The position numbers and the translations under genes were made by a program. Below are positions 1 through 8,515 of a DNA stretch of 64,000 nt, in pieces. The DNA lies in sequence record NZ_LR134467.1; one strand, given 5' to 3'. A model generated the notes under the pieces. It saw only the letters and a list, made by a program, of their open reading frames with translations, had not been told where the DNA came from and searched no databases. This DNA is from a plasmid. The stretch's first letter is position 1; every line of letters begins with the position of its first letter.

Positions 1-393
1 TACCTCATCCATGTCGTCGGGCCCGAAGGCGTCGGGCAGCAGCCGGCTCAGGGGCACCGGGCCGGCGCGGTGGTCGATCAGGAGCTCGCCGCCGCCGTGT
101 TCGTAGAGCAGCTGCCGGCACCGCCCGCAGGGCAGCAGGACGTCGCCGTTGGCATTGGTGCACGTGAAGGCGAGCAGGCGCCCGCCTCCCGTGGAATGGA
201 GTGCGCCCACGAGGCCGCACTCCGCGCAGAGGGTCAGCCCGTATGAGACATTCTCCACATTGCATCCGGACACGACGCGGCCGTCGTCGGTCACGGCGGC
301 CGCCCCCACGGGGTACTTCGAATAGGGCGCATAGGCGCGCCCCATGGCGTCGACGGCGGTGCGCCGCAATGCCTCCCAGTCGATGTCGGGCAC
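1..393 (-). CDS. cdd: cytidine deaminase (partial, C-terminus lies beyond window start)
   Basis: Minus-strand translation from GTG (393) gives VPDIDWEALRRTAVDAMGRAYAPYSKYPVGAAAVTDDGRVVSGCNVENVSYGLTLCAECGLVGALHS...PCGRCRQLLYEHGG. The CAEC and PCGRCRQ zinc motifs are typical of Cdd. This frame is not in the ORF track because no stop falls inside the window. Confidence 0.85.
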   Translation of the reverse strand, partial: MPDIDWEALRRTAVDAMGRAYAPYSKYPVGAAAVTDDGRVVSGCNVENVSYGLTLCAECGLVGALHSTGGGRLLAFTCTNANGDVLLPCGRCRQLLYEHGGGELLIDHRAGPVPLSRLLPDAFGPDDMDEV

Positions 394-634
394 AGCCGAT
401 CACTCCCTTCCGGAGGCTTGTTGATTCCGGGTCAATTTCGGTCAGGCATACCTAACTAAATCTGTTCGGCCCCAACACATCGGGACCGTGGTTTCGATTC
501 CACATTCCGGTGGGTTTAAGGTCAAGGCGTGGGTTCAGGTATACGTCGCGATCGACGCCGGCGCGAGGGCTCAGAGTCCTTCCGCCGACCGATGTCCGGC
601 CGTATCCAAGAAACGATGTCGAAGGCAGGACTCG

Positions 635-1042
635 ATGAGCAGTAGTACCGAGGTGGCGGCCGCCGAGGAGCCGCGCCGCGTCTCCCTCTACAAGGGCGAT
701 CCGGGCATGTTGAACTGGGTGCTGCACCGCATCAGCGGCGTCACCATCTTCTTCTTCCTGTTCGTCCACGTCCTCGACACCGCGGTCATCCGCATCGATC
801 CCGAGGCGTACGACGCGATCATCAAGACGTACAAGACGCCGATCATCGGCCTGCTCGAGATCGGCCTCGTCATGGCCATCCTGTTCCACGCCCTCAACGG
901 CGTCCGCGTGATCCTCGTGGATTTCTGGAGCAAGGGCGTGCAGTACCAGAAGGCGATGTCCATCGCGGTCTGGACCGTCTTCCTCATCACCGGCGCGGGC
1001 ATGGCAGCGCGTCTCCTCTACATCATGATCTCGCACGCCTAG
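635..1042 (+). CDS. sdhC: succinate dehydrogenase cytochrome b subunit
   Basis: ATG at 635 (MSSSTEVAAAEEP...) inside ORF 488..1042. Three TM helices. It is the first gene of an sdhCDAB cluster. The upstream extension of the ORF is GC-frame noise. Confidence 0.85.
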   Translation: MSSSTEVAAAEEPRRVSLYKGDPGMLNWVLHRISGVTIFFFLFVHVLDTAVIRIDPEAYDAIIKTYKTPIIGLLEIGLVMAILFHALNGVRVILVDFWSKGVQYQKAMSIAVWTVFLITGAGMAARLLYIMISHA

Positions 1043-1056
1043 GGGGACGAAGAGAT

Positions 1057-1524
1057 ATGACTACCGCGAACGAACCCAAGCTCGCCAAGACGCTGCTCAA
1101 GCAGTACGACCGCCCCGCCTCGCTCGACAACCCGCGCTCGCCGCACCGTCCGGCGTCCGGCAACTTCGAGAAGTACGCCTGGCTGTTCATGCGCTTCTCG
1201 GGCATCGCCCTCCTCGTGCTCGTCTTCGGGCACGTCTTCATCATGCTCGCGCTGGACAGCCAGGGCGTGCACCGGATCAGCGCCGCCTTCGTCGCGCAGC
1301 GCTGGGCCAGCCCCTTCTGGCAGATCTGGGACATCACGATGCTGTGGCTCGCCCAGCTCCACGGCGGCAACGGCCTCCGCGTGATCATCGACGACTACGC
1401 CCGCAAGGACCGCACGCGGTTCTGGCTCAAGACCCTGCTCGTGCTGTCGATGATCCTCGTGGTCGGCCTCGGCTCGTACGCGCTCCTCTCGTTCGAACCG
1501 GCCTCCGTGCCCACCGCCCAGTAA
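1057..1524 (+). CDS. sdhD: succinate dehydrogenase hydrophobic membrane anchor subunit
   Basis: 155-aa membrane protein between sdhC and sdhA. Confidence 0.85.
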   Translation: MTTANEPKLAKTLLKQYDRPASLDNPRSPHRPASGNFEKYAWLFMRFSGIALLVLVFGHVFIMLALDSQGVHRISAAFVAQRWASPFWQIWDITMLWLAQLHGGNGLRVIIDDYARKDRTRFWLKTLLVLSMILVVGLGSYALLSFEPASVPTAQ

Positions 1525-1549
1525 CGGCCAGGAAGGACTCACCCGCATC

Positions 1550-3301
1550 ATGCAGGAACATCGTTACGACGTGGTGATCATCGGCGCCGGCGGCGCCGGT
1601 ATGCGCGCGGCCATCGAGGCCGGGCCGCGCGCCCGCACCGCCGTGCTCACCAAGCTCTACCCCACCCGCTCCCACACCGGCGCGGCGCAGGGCGGCATGT
1701 GCGCCTCGCTGGCCAACGTCGAGGAGGACAACTGGGAGTGGCACACCTTCGACACGGTCAAGGGCGGCGACTACATCGTCGACCAGGACGCCGCGGAGAT
1801 CATGGCCAAGGAGGCCATCGACGCGGTGCTCGACCTGGAGAAGATGGGCCTGCCGTTCAACCGCACGCCCGAGGGCAAGATCGACCAGCGCCGCTTCGGC
1901 GGACACACCCGCGATCACGGCAAGGCCCCCGTGCGCCGCGCCTGTTACGCCGCGGACCGCACCGGCCACATGATCCTGCAGACGCTGTACCAGAACTGCG
2001 TCAAGCACGACGTGGAGTTCTTCAACGAGTTCTACGTCCTCGACATCGCGCTGACGGAGACCGAGAACGGCCCCGTCGCGACGGGCGCCGTCGCCTACGA
2101 GCTGGCCACCGGCGAGATCCACGTCTTCCACGCCAAGGCGATCATCTTCGCCACCGGCGGCTCGGGCCGCATGTACAAGACCACCTCCAACGCCCACACC
2201 CTCACCGGTGACGGCATGGGCATCGTCTTCCGCAAGGGCCTGCCCCTGGAGGACATGGAGTTCCACCAGTTCCACCCGACGGGCCTCGCGGGCCTGGGCA
2301 TCCTCATCACCGAGGGCGTCCGCGGCGAGGGCGGCATCCTCCGCAACGTCGACGGCGAGCGCTTCATGGAGCGCTACGCCCCCACCATCAAGGACCTCGC
2401 GCCGCGCGACATCGTCGCCCGCTCGATGGTGCTCGAGGTGCTCGAGGGCCGCGGCGCCGGCCCGAACAAGGACTACGTGCTCCTGGATGTCACGCACATC
2501 CCGGAGGAGACCCTGATGGCCAAGCTGCCGGACATCATGGAGTTCTCGCGCACCTACCTCGGCGTCGACCCCGTCACCGAGCTGGTGCCCGTGTACCCGA
2601 CGTGCCACTACGTCATGGGCGGCATCCCCACCAACATCCACGGTGAGGTCCTGCGCGACAACGACACCGTCGTCCCCGGCCTGTACGCCGCCGGCGAGTG
2701 CGCCTGCGTGTCCGTGCACGGCGCCAACCGCCTCGGCACCAACTCGCTGCTCGACATCAACGTCTTCGGCCGCCGCTCCGGCATCGCCGCCGCCGAGTAC
2801 GCCAAGACCCACGACTTCGTGCCGCTCCCCGAGAACCCCTCGGAGATGGTCGAGAACTGGGTCGCCGCGATGCTCAGCGACCACGGCAACGAGAACGTCA
2901 TGGCGATCCGCACCGAGCTGCAGCAGACGATGGACAACAACGCCGCCGTCTTCCGCACCGAGAAGACCCTCTCGCAGGCCCTCGAGGACGTCCGTGCGCT
3001 GAAGAAGCGGTACGAGCACGTCACCGTCACCGACAAGGGCACCCGCTTCAACAGCGACCTGCTCGAGGCCATCGAGCTCGGCTTCCTGCTCGAGCTCGCC
3101 GAGGTCACCGTCGTCGGCGCCCTCAACCGCAAGGAGACCCGCGGCGGCCACGCCCGCGAGGACTACCCGAACCGCGACGACGAGAACTACATGGTGCACA
3201 CCATGGCGTACAAGGAGGGCGAGGGCCTGGAGGCCGGGATCCGTCTCGACACCAAGCCCGTCGTGCAGACCCGCTACGAGCCGATGGAGCGTAAGTACTG
3301 A
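1550..3301 (+). CDS. sdhA: succinate dehydrogenase flavoprotein subunit
   Basis: 583 aa with an N-terminal FAD-binding motif (VVIIGAGGAGMRAA) and the conserved HTGAAQGGM and HYVMGGIPT regions of SdhA/FrdA. Confidence 0.95.
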   Translation: MQEHRYDVVIIGAGGAGMRAAIEAGPRARTAVLTKLYPTRSHTGAAQGGMCASLANVEEDNWEWHTFDTVKGGDYIVDQDAAEIMAKEAIDAVLDLEKMGLPFNRTPEGKIDQRRFGGHTRDHGKAPVRRACYAADRTGHMILQTLYQNCVKHDVEFFNEFYVLDIALTETENGPVATGAVAYELATGEIHVFHAKAIIFATGGSGRMYKTTSNAHTLTGDGMGIVFRKGLPLEDMEFHQFHPTGLAGLGILITEGVRGEGGILRNVDGERFMERYAPTIKDLAPRDIVARSMVLEVLEGRGAGPNKDYVLLDVTHIPEETLMAKLPDIMEFSRTYLGVDPVTELVPVYPTCHYVMGGIPTNIHGEVLRDNDTVVPGLYAAGECACVSVHGANRLGTNSLLDINVFGRRSGIAAAEYAKTHDFVPLPENPSEMVENWVAAMLSDHGNENVMAIRTELQQTMDNNAAVFRTEKTLSQALEDVRALKKRYEHVTVTDKGTRFNSDLLEAIELGFLLELAEVTVVGALNRKETRGGHAREDYPNRDDENYMVHTMAYKEGEGLEAGIRLDTKPVVQTRYEPMERKY

Positions 3302-4068
3302 TGACCGCCGCAGTTGACACCCCCGCGTCCGTGCAGCCGCCCGTCCCGCCCGGCTCCACGATGGTCACGATCAAGGTCTACCGGTTCAACCCGGAGGATC
3401 CGGACGCGGCCGGCTGGCAGAGCTACCGGGTTCCCGCGCTCCCCTCGGACCGCTTCCTGAACCTGCTGCTCTACATCAAGGGCTACCTCGACGGCACCCT
3501 GACGTTCCGCCGCTCCTGCGCGCACGGCGTGTGCGGCTCGGACGCCATGCGCATCAACGGCGTCAACCGCCTGGCCTGCAAGATGCTGATGAAGGACTTC
3601 CTGCAGGAGGGCAAGGAGATCACCGTCACGGTCGAGCCGATCCGCGGCCTGCCCGTGGAGAAGGACCTCGTCGTCGACATGGAGCCCTTCTTCGACGCCT
3701 TCCGCGCCGTGAAGCCCTTCCTGATGACCTCGGGCAACGAGCCGACCCGCGAGCGGATCCAGTCCCCCACGGACCGCGAGCGCTTCGACGACACGACCAA
3801 GTGCATCCTCTGCGCCTGCTGCACCACCAGCTGCCCGGTGTACTGGATGGACGGCTCGTACTTCGGCCCCGCGGCCATCGTGAACGCGCACCGCTTCATC
3901 TTCGACAGCCGCGACGAGGGTGCCGCCGAGCGGCTCGAGATCCTCAACGGCGTCGACGGCGTGTGGCGCTGCCGCACCACCTTCAACTGCACCGACGCGT
4001 GCCCCCGCGGCATCCAGGTGACGAAGGCCATCCAGGAGGTCAAGCGCGCCCTCCTGTTCAGCCGCTAG
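3301..4068 (+). CDS. sdhB: succinate dehydrogenase iron-sulfur subunit
   Basis: 255 aa with a 2Fe-2S Cys cluster (CAHGVCGSDAM) and a 4Fe-4S cluster (CILCACCTTSCP). The start ATG overlaps the sdhA TGA (ATGA). Confidence 0.95.
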   Translation: MTAAVDTPASVQPPVPPGSTMVTIKVYRFNPEDPDAAGWQSYRVPALPSDRFLNLLLYIKGYLDGTLTFRRSCAHGVCGSDAMRINGVNRLACKMLMKDFLQEGKEITVTVEPIRGLPVEKDLVVDMEPFFDAFRAVKPFLMTSGNEPTRERIQSPTDRERFDDTTKCILCACCTTSCPVYWMDGSYFGPAAIVNAHRFIFDSRDEGAAERLEILNGVDGVWRCRTTFNCTDACPRGIQVTKAIQEVKRALLFSR

Positions 4069-4086
4069 AACCTTTACTGCAGCCCG

Positions 4087-4124
4087 GAAACGCCCCGGAC
4101 CTCACCCGAGGTCCGGGGCGTTTC
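4087..4124 (+). terminator. intrinsic-terminator-like perfect hairpin after sdhB
   Basis: GAAACGCCCCGGACCTC-accc-GAGGTCCGGGGCGTTTC: a 17-bp perfect stem with a 4-nt loop, 19 nt after the sdhB stop. Confidence 0.6.
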
Positions 4125-4148
4125 TCACTCCCGACGACAGGACCGCCG

Positions 4149-5309
4149 GTGGACCCGAGCCTGATCCGTACCCCGATCGACGGGACACTCCTGCGCGGTC
4201 ACCTCGACCTCGAACCGACGGCGCGCGGTCTCCTGCCGCACCGCCTCCCCGCCGCGGCCCGCCGCCGGATCCCCGACGCGCGGCTCGCTTCCGCGCAGGC
4301 GCAGCCCTCGGGGGTGCACCTCACCTTCCGGACCACCGCCACCGTCATCGAGCTCGAGACACTGCCGACCAAACGCGCGTACGCCGGCCTCCCGCCGCTG
4401 CCCGACGGTGTCTACGACCTCGTCGTGGACGGCCGCCTCGTCGCCCGGACGACGGTGCCGGGCGGGAACGTCGACACCATCGTCGACATGGTGACGCAGG
4501 AGGCCGAGCTCACCGAGGGGCCTTCCGGTAGAGCACGATTCGAGGAGCTGTCCGCGGGCGAGAAGAACGTCGAGATCTGGCTGCCCCACAACGAGATCAC
4601 CGAACTGATCGCGCTGCGCACGAACGCCCCGGTGCTACCGCAGCCGCCACGCGATCGCCTCTGGCTGCACCACGGCAGCTCGATCAGCCACGGTTCCAAC
4701 GCCACTCACCCGACCGGGACCTGGCCCGCGATCGCCGCGGCGGTCGGCTGCGTGGACCTGATCAACCTCGGCTTCGGCGGCAGCGCGCTCCTCGATCCGT
4801 TCGTCGCCCGCGCGATCCGCGACACCCCGGCCGACCTGATCAGCCTCAAGCTGGGCATCAACATCGCCAACGCCGACGTGATGCGGCTTCGCACCTTCAC
4901 CCCCGCCGTGCACGGCTTCCTCGACACGATCCGCGACGGGCATCCGACGACGCCCCTGCTGATCGCCTCGCCCATCCTGTGCCCGATCCAGGAGCACACC
5001 CCGGGCCCGGTGATGCCGGTCCCGTCGGCCGACGGCCTGCGTTTCGAGGCGACCGGGGACCCCGCCGAGGTCCGCGCGGGGAAGCTGACCCTGGCGGTCA
5101 TCCGGGAGGAGCTGGGGCGCATCGTCGCGGACCGGGCCGGTGAGGACCCACACCTGCACCTCCTCGACGGCCGCGCCCTCTACGGCGCGGACGACTACGC
5201 CCGCCTACCCCTCCCGGACGAACTCCACCCCGACGGGGCCGCCCACGCCCTGATCGGCACCCGGTTCGGCGAGCTCGCCTTCGGCCCGGGCGGCGCTTTC
5301 GCGCCGTAG
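4149..5309 (+). CDS. SGNH/GDSL-family hydrolase (lipase/esterase-like)
   Basis: Coding frame of ORF 3531..5309 downstream of sdhB. GTG at 4149 is the first start after the terminator. Contains a GSSISHG (GDS-like) block and a C-terminal DGAAH(A) block typical of SGNH hydrolases. The start is uncertain. Confidence 0.6.
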   Translation: MDPSLIRTPIDGTLLRGHLDLEPTARGLLPHRLPAAARRRIPDARLASAQAQPSGVHLTFRTTATVIELETLPTKRAYAGLPPLPDGVYDLVVDGRLVARTTVPGGNVDTIVDMVTQEAELTEGPSGRARFEELSAGEKNVEIWLPHNEITELIALRTNAPVLPQPPRDRLWLHHGSSISHGSNATHPTGTWPAIAAAVGCVDLINLGFGGSALLDPFVARAIRDTPADLISLKLGINIANADVMRLRTFTPAVHGFLDTIRDGHPTTPLLIASPILCPIQEHTPGPVMPVPSADGLRFEATGDPAEVRAGKLTLAVIREELGRIVADRAGEDPHLHLLDGRALYGADDYARLPLPDELHPDGAAHALIGTRFGELAFGPGGAFAP

Positions 5310-5373
5310 CGCACCACGCTGACACCACCTTCCACCTGGCAGTTTGCGCATTCTTCGGTCGCCTCTGTTGACG

Positions 5374-5392
5374 TGACACCACAATGGTGTCA
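5374..5392. promoter_or_regulatory. operator-like inverted repeat TGACACCA-caa-TGGTGTCA flanked by two TTGACG hexamers, immediately upstream of the RHH gene
   Basis: Seen directly. It sits between a -35-like TTGACG (5368-5373) and the ATG at 5404, which suggests a possibly leaderless transcript. Confidence 0.35.
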
Positions 5393-5403
5393 TAGTTGAC
5401 GCC

Positions 5404-5916
5404 ATGGACATCACGCCCTTCGTCAGCGACCTCCAGCGCCAGCTCATCGCCGCCGCCGAACGCGACTTCACCGACGCCGGCGACAACGGCGTCGACGACG
5501 CCCGCGCCTCGGCGGAACGTCTCGCGTCCGGGCTCGACGCGACCACCCGCCTCGTCCTCCTCGACGCCCTGTCCGCCGCGACCGGCGAGATCACGCGTGA
5601 TCTGGTGCCGGGATCCGTCGACCTGCGGCTGCGCGGCCGCGACGTCGAGTTCGTCGTCTCCGCGCCGCGCGCGGAGGCGGAGGAGGACTCCGCGTCCGCT
5701 CCCGGCGTCGACTTCGACGACACCAGCACCTCGCGCACCACGCTCCGCCTGCCCGACGCACTCAAGTCCCAGGTCGACGAGGCAGCGGCCGCGGAGGGCG
5801 TCTCCGTGAACACCTGGCTCGTACGGGCCGTCGCCGCCGCACTCGCCCCGCGCAAGCGACGAACCGCGCAGCGGGCACTCCGCACCGGTGACGACTTCGC
5901 CGGCTGGGCCCGCTGA
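5404..5916 (+). CDS. ribbon-helix-helix (Arc/HicB-like) DNA-binding protein with an N-terminal domain of unknown function
   Basis: The C-terminal RTTLRLPDALKSQVDEAAAAEGVSVNTWLVRAVAAAL is a classic RHH motif. The gene is first in a same-strand cluster with the DUF4097 and ABC genes. Confidence 0.7.
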   Translation: MDITPFVSDLQRQLIAAAERDFTDAGDNGVDDARASAERLASGLDATTRLVLLDALSAATGEITRDLVPGSVDLRLRGRDVEFVVSAPRAEAEEDSASAPGVDFDDTSTSRTTLRLPDALKSQVDEAAAAEGVSVNTWLVRAVAAALAPRKRRTAQRALRTGDDFAGWAR

Positions 5917-6022
5917 CCGGCAGCACCTTCCGAACCCACCCCCCACCACCACAACCGCACAGCCCGACGAGAACCCCGCACCCCGCGGGGTCGGCCGAGC
6001 GCACCCTCCGAAAGGTCCCACC

Positions 6023-6877
6023 ATGCCCACTTTCCCCACCCCCGAGCCCATCGACCTCGCCATCAACCTGCAGGTCGGCGACATCGACGTGATCGCGACC
6101 GACCGCACGGACACCGTGGTGACCGTGACCCCGAGCTCCCCGAACAAGGCGGCGGACCGGCGCGGTGCGGACGCGACCCGCGTCGAGTTCGACGGTGGCC
6201 GGCTCACCGTCGTCGGCCCCAAGCCCAAGCTCGGCCTCATGAGCTTCATCGGTGCGACCGAATCGGTCGACGTCACCGTCGAGCTGCCCGCGGGCTCCCG
6301 GTTCACCGCGGAGAGCGCCGTCGGCAGCGTCCGCACCGAGGGCCGCCTGGCCGCCACCCGCATCAAGGCGACCACCGGCACCGTCGAGCTGGATACGACC
6401 GGCGACCTGTGGCTGCGCGCCGGGCACGGGAACGCCACCGCCGGCACCGTGGACGGGACCGCCGAGATCACCGCCGACCACGGCCAGATCCGCATCGACT
6501 CGATCGCCCGTGACGCCGTGCTCAAGGCCTCCCACGGCAGCATCCGCATCGGCGAGACGAGCGGCGGCGTCGAGGCGAACCTGTCCTACGGCGATCTCGA
6601 CATCGACCGCGCCACCTCGTCGGTCAGCGCCAAGACCGCCTACGGCGCCATCACGCTGAACGAGGTCTCGGACGGCGTCATCGACCTCGAGAGCAGCTAC
6701 GGCAAGCTCACCGTCGGTGTGGCGGAAGGCGTTCCGGCCTGGCTCGACCTCTCCTCCAAGGAGGGCCGCGTCCGCAACCACCTCGACGAGAACCTCCCCG
6801 ACTCCATCACCGGCGACCACGTCGCCGTCCGCGCCCGGGCCAAGTTCGGCGACATCGACATCCGGCGCGCCCGCTGA
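6023..6877 (+). CDS. DUF4097 (LiaF/YvlB-like putative adhesin, beta-strand repeat) family protein
   Basis: ATG at 6023 with a GAAAGG RBS. Repetitive beta-strand blocks (GxVxLxT.., SYGDLDID, SSYGKLTV) are typical of DUF4097. Confidence 0.75.
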   Translation: MPTFPTPEPIDLAINLQVGDIDVIATDRTDTVVTVTPSSPNKAADRRGADATRVEFDGGRLTVVGPKPKLGLMSFIGATESVDVTVELPAGSRFTAESAVGSVRTEGRLAATRIKATTGTVELDTTGDLWLRAGHGNATAGTVDGTAEITADHGQIRIDSIARDAVLKASHGSIRIGETSGGVEANLSYGDLDIDRATSSVSAKTAYGAITLNEVSDGVIDLESSYGKLTVGVAEGVPAWLDLSSKEGRVRNHLDENLPDSITGDHVAVRARAKFGDIDIRRAR

Positions 6878-6903
6878 GCGCGCTCCCTCACCAGGAGAAC
6901 ATC

Positions 6904-7698
6904 ATGACCATGACCACCACCGCGGCCATCGAGGTCCGCGGCATCGAGAAGTCCTACGGCGACCTGCCCGTGCTGCGCGGCGTCGACTTCGACGTCGTCC
7001 CCGGCAGCATCTTCGCCCTGCTCGGCGCGAACGGCGCGGGCAAGACCACGCTGGTCCGCATCCTGTCCACGCTCCTGCGGCCCGACGCCGGCAGCGCAGC
7101 GGTGCACGGCTACGACGTGACCTCCGACGCCCAGCAGGTGCGCGAATCCATCAGCCTCACCGGACAGTTCGCCGCGGTCGACGAGATCCTCACGGGGCGC
7201 GAGAACCTGGTGCTGGTGGCGCGGTTGCGGCACCAGAGCGACCCGGGCGCCGTCGCCGACGAGCTGCTCCAGCGCTTCCGCCTCACCGACGCGGGCGGCC
7301 GGAAGGTCGGCACCTATTCCGGCGGCATGCGGCGCCGCCTCGACATCGCGATGAGCCTGATCGGCGATCCCGCGGTGATCTTCCTCGACGAGCCCACCAC
7401 CGGCCTGGACCCCGAGGCCCGGATCGACGTCTGGGAGATCGTGCAGGAACTCGCCGGCCGCGGCACGACGGTGCTGTTGACCACGCAGTACCTCGAGGAG
7501 GCCGAGCAGCTCGCCGACCGGATCGCGATCCTGCGCGACGGCCGGATCATCGCGAACGGGACCCTCGCCGAGCTCAAGCGGATGCTGCCCGCGGCGAAGG
7601 TCGAGTACGTCGAGAAGCAGCCCACGCTCGAGGAGATCTTCCTCGCGCTCACCGGAACCCGCACCGAATCCCCCACCACCTCCGAGGATCGATCATGA
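6904..7698 (+). CDS. ABC transporter ATP-binding protein (DrrA/ABC-2 type)
   Basis: Walker A (GANGAGKTT), the signature motif (YSGGMRRRL) and Walker B (IFLDEPTTGLD). Confidence 0.9.
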   Translation: MTMTTTAAIEVRGIEKSYGDLPVLRGVDFDVVPGSIFALLGANGAGKTTLVRILSTLLRPDAGSAAVHGYDVTSDAQQVRESISLTGQFAAVDEILTGRENLVLVARLRHQSDPGAVADELLQRFRLTDAGGRKVGTYSGGMRRRLDIAMSLIGDPAVIFLDEPTTGLDPEARIDVWEIVQELAGRGTTVLLTTQYLEEAEQLADRIAILRDGRIIANGTLAELKRMLPAAKVEYVEKQPTLEEIFLALTGTRTESPTTSEDRS

Positions 7699-8465
7699 CC
7701 ACCTACGCCGCCTCCGACACCGGCGCGCTGCTGGGCCGTTCGCTCAAGCACATCACCCGCAGCGCCGACACCATCATCACCACCGCGATCACGCCGATCG
7801 CCATGATGCTCCTGTTCGTCTACGTCTTCGGCGGTGCGATCAAGGGCAGCACCGGCGGCACGAACTACGTGAACTACCTGCTGCCGGGAATCCTGTTGAT
7901 GGCCATCGCCTCCGGCATCGCCTACACCGCGCTGCGGTTGTTCAACGACATGCAGGGCGGCATCTTCGAGCGCTTCCAGTCGATGCCGATCGCCCGCTCC
8001 TCCGTGCTCTGGGCGCACGTGCTGACCTCGATGGTGGCGAACGCGATCACGGTGGTGATCATCATCGGCGTGGGCCTGATCATGGGCTTCCGCTCGTCGG
8101 CGGGCCCGCTCGCCTGGCTCGGCGTCGCCGGGATCCTGGCGCTGTTCACGCTGGCGCTCACCTGGATCGCGGTGGCCGTCGGGCTGACGGCGAAGTCCGT
8201 GGACGGTGCCACCGGGTTCTCCTACCCGCTGATCTTCCTACCCTTCATCAGTTCCGCGTTCGTGCCCACCGACACCATGCCGGGACCGGTGCGCGCCTTC
8301 GCCGAGAACCAGCCGGTGACCTCGATCGTGAACACGATCTCCGCACTGCTGGCCGAGCGCCCCGTCGACACCGCCGATCTCGTCTCCGCCCTCGCCTGGT
8401 GCGCCGGGATCCTCGTCGTCGCGTACGGCGGCGCGATGCTCGCCTATCGGCGCCGGATCAGCTGA
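7695..8465 (+). CDS. ABC-2 family transporter permease
   Basis: ATG overlaps the ATPase stop (ATGA). Six-TM ABC-2 type permease. Confidence 0.85.
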   Translation: MTTYAASDTGALLGRSLKHITRSADTIITTAITPIAMMLLFVYVFGGAIKGSTGGTNYVNYLLPGILLMAIASGIAYTALRLFNDMQGGIFERFQSMPIARSSVLWAHVLTSMVANAITVVIIIGVGLIMGFRSSAGPLAWLGVAGILALFTLALTWIAVAVGLTAKSVDGATGFSYPLIFLPFISSAFVPTDTMPGPVRAFAENQPVTSIVNTISALLAERPVDTADLVSALAWCAGILVVAYGGAMLAYRRRIS

Positions 8466-8515
8466 ACCGCAGCGCCGCGCGCCGCCGGCCCCCCTGGGGC
8501 CGGCGGTGCGTGGCG

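Noticed and set aside
488-501. tRNA-like T-loop motif GTGGTTTCGATTCC in the cdd-sdhC intergenic region
   Set aside because: No acceptor, D or anticodon stems can be built around it, and no matching 3' end. An isolated chance match.
1427-3199. 590-aa minus-strand ORF antisense to sdhA, and similar long Arg/Gly/Pro-rich ORFs (e.g. 5098..6549 -, 8238..9947 -, 8399..10366 +, 11184..13493 +, 18927..19940 +, 27313..28809 -, 34217..36880 +, 42348..43883 +, 44775..46562 +, 58491..60611 + N-terminal part)
   Set aside because: Translations are dominated by R, G, P, A and D/E/H runs with no recognisable domains. They lie antisense or out of frame to genes with clear homology and high GC3. This is typical open-frame noise in 70% GC DNA.
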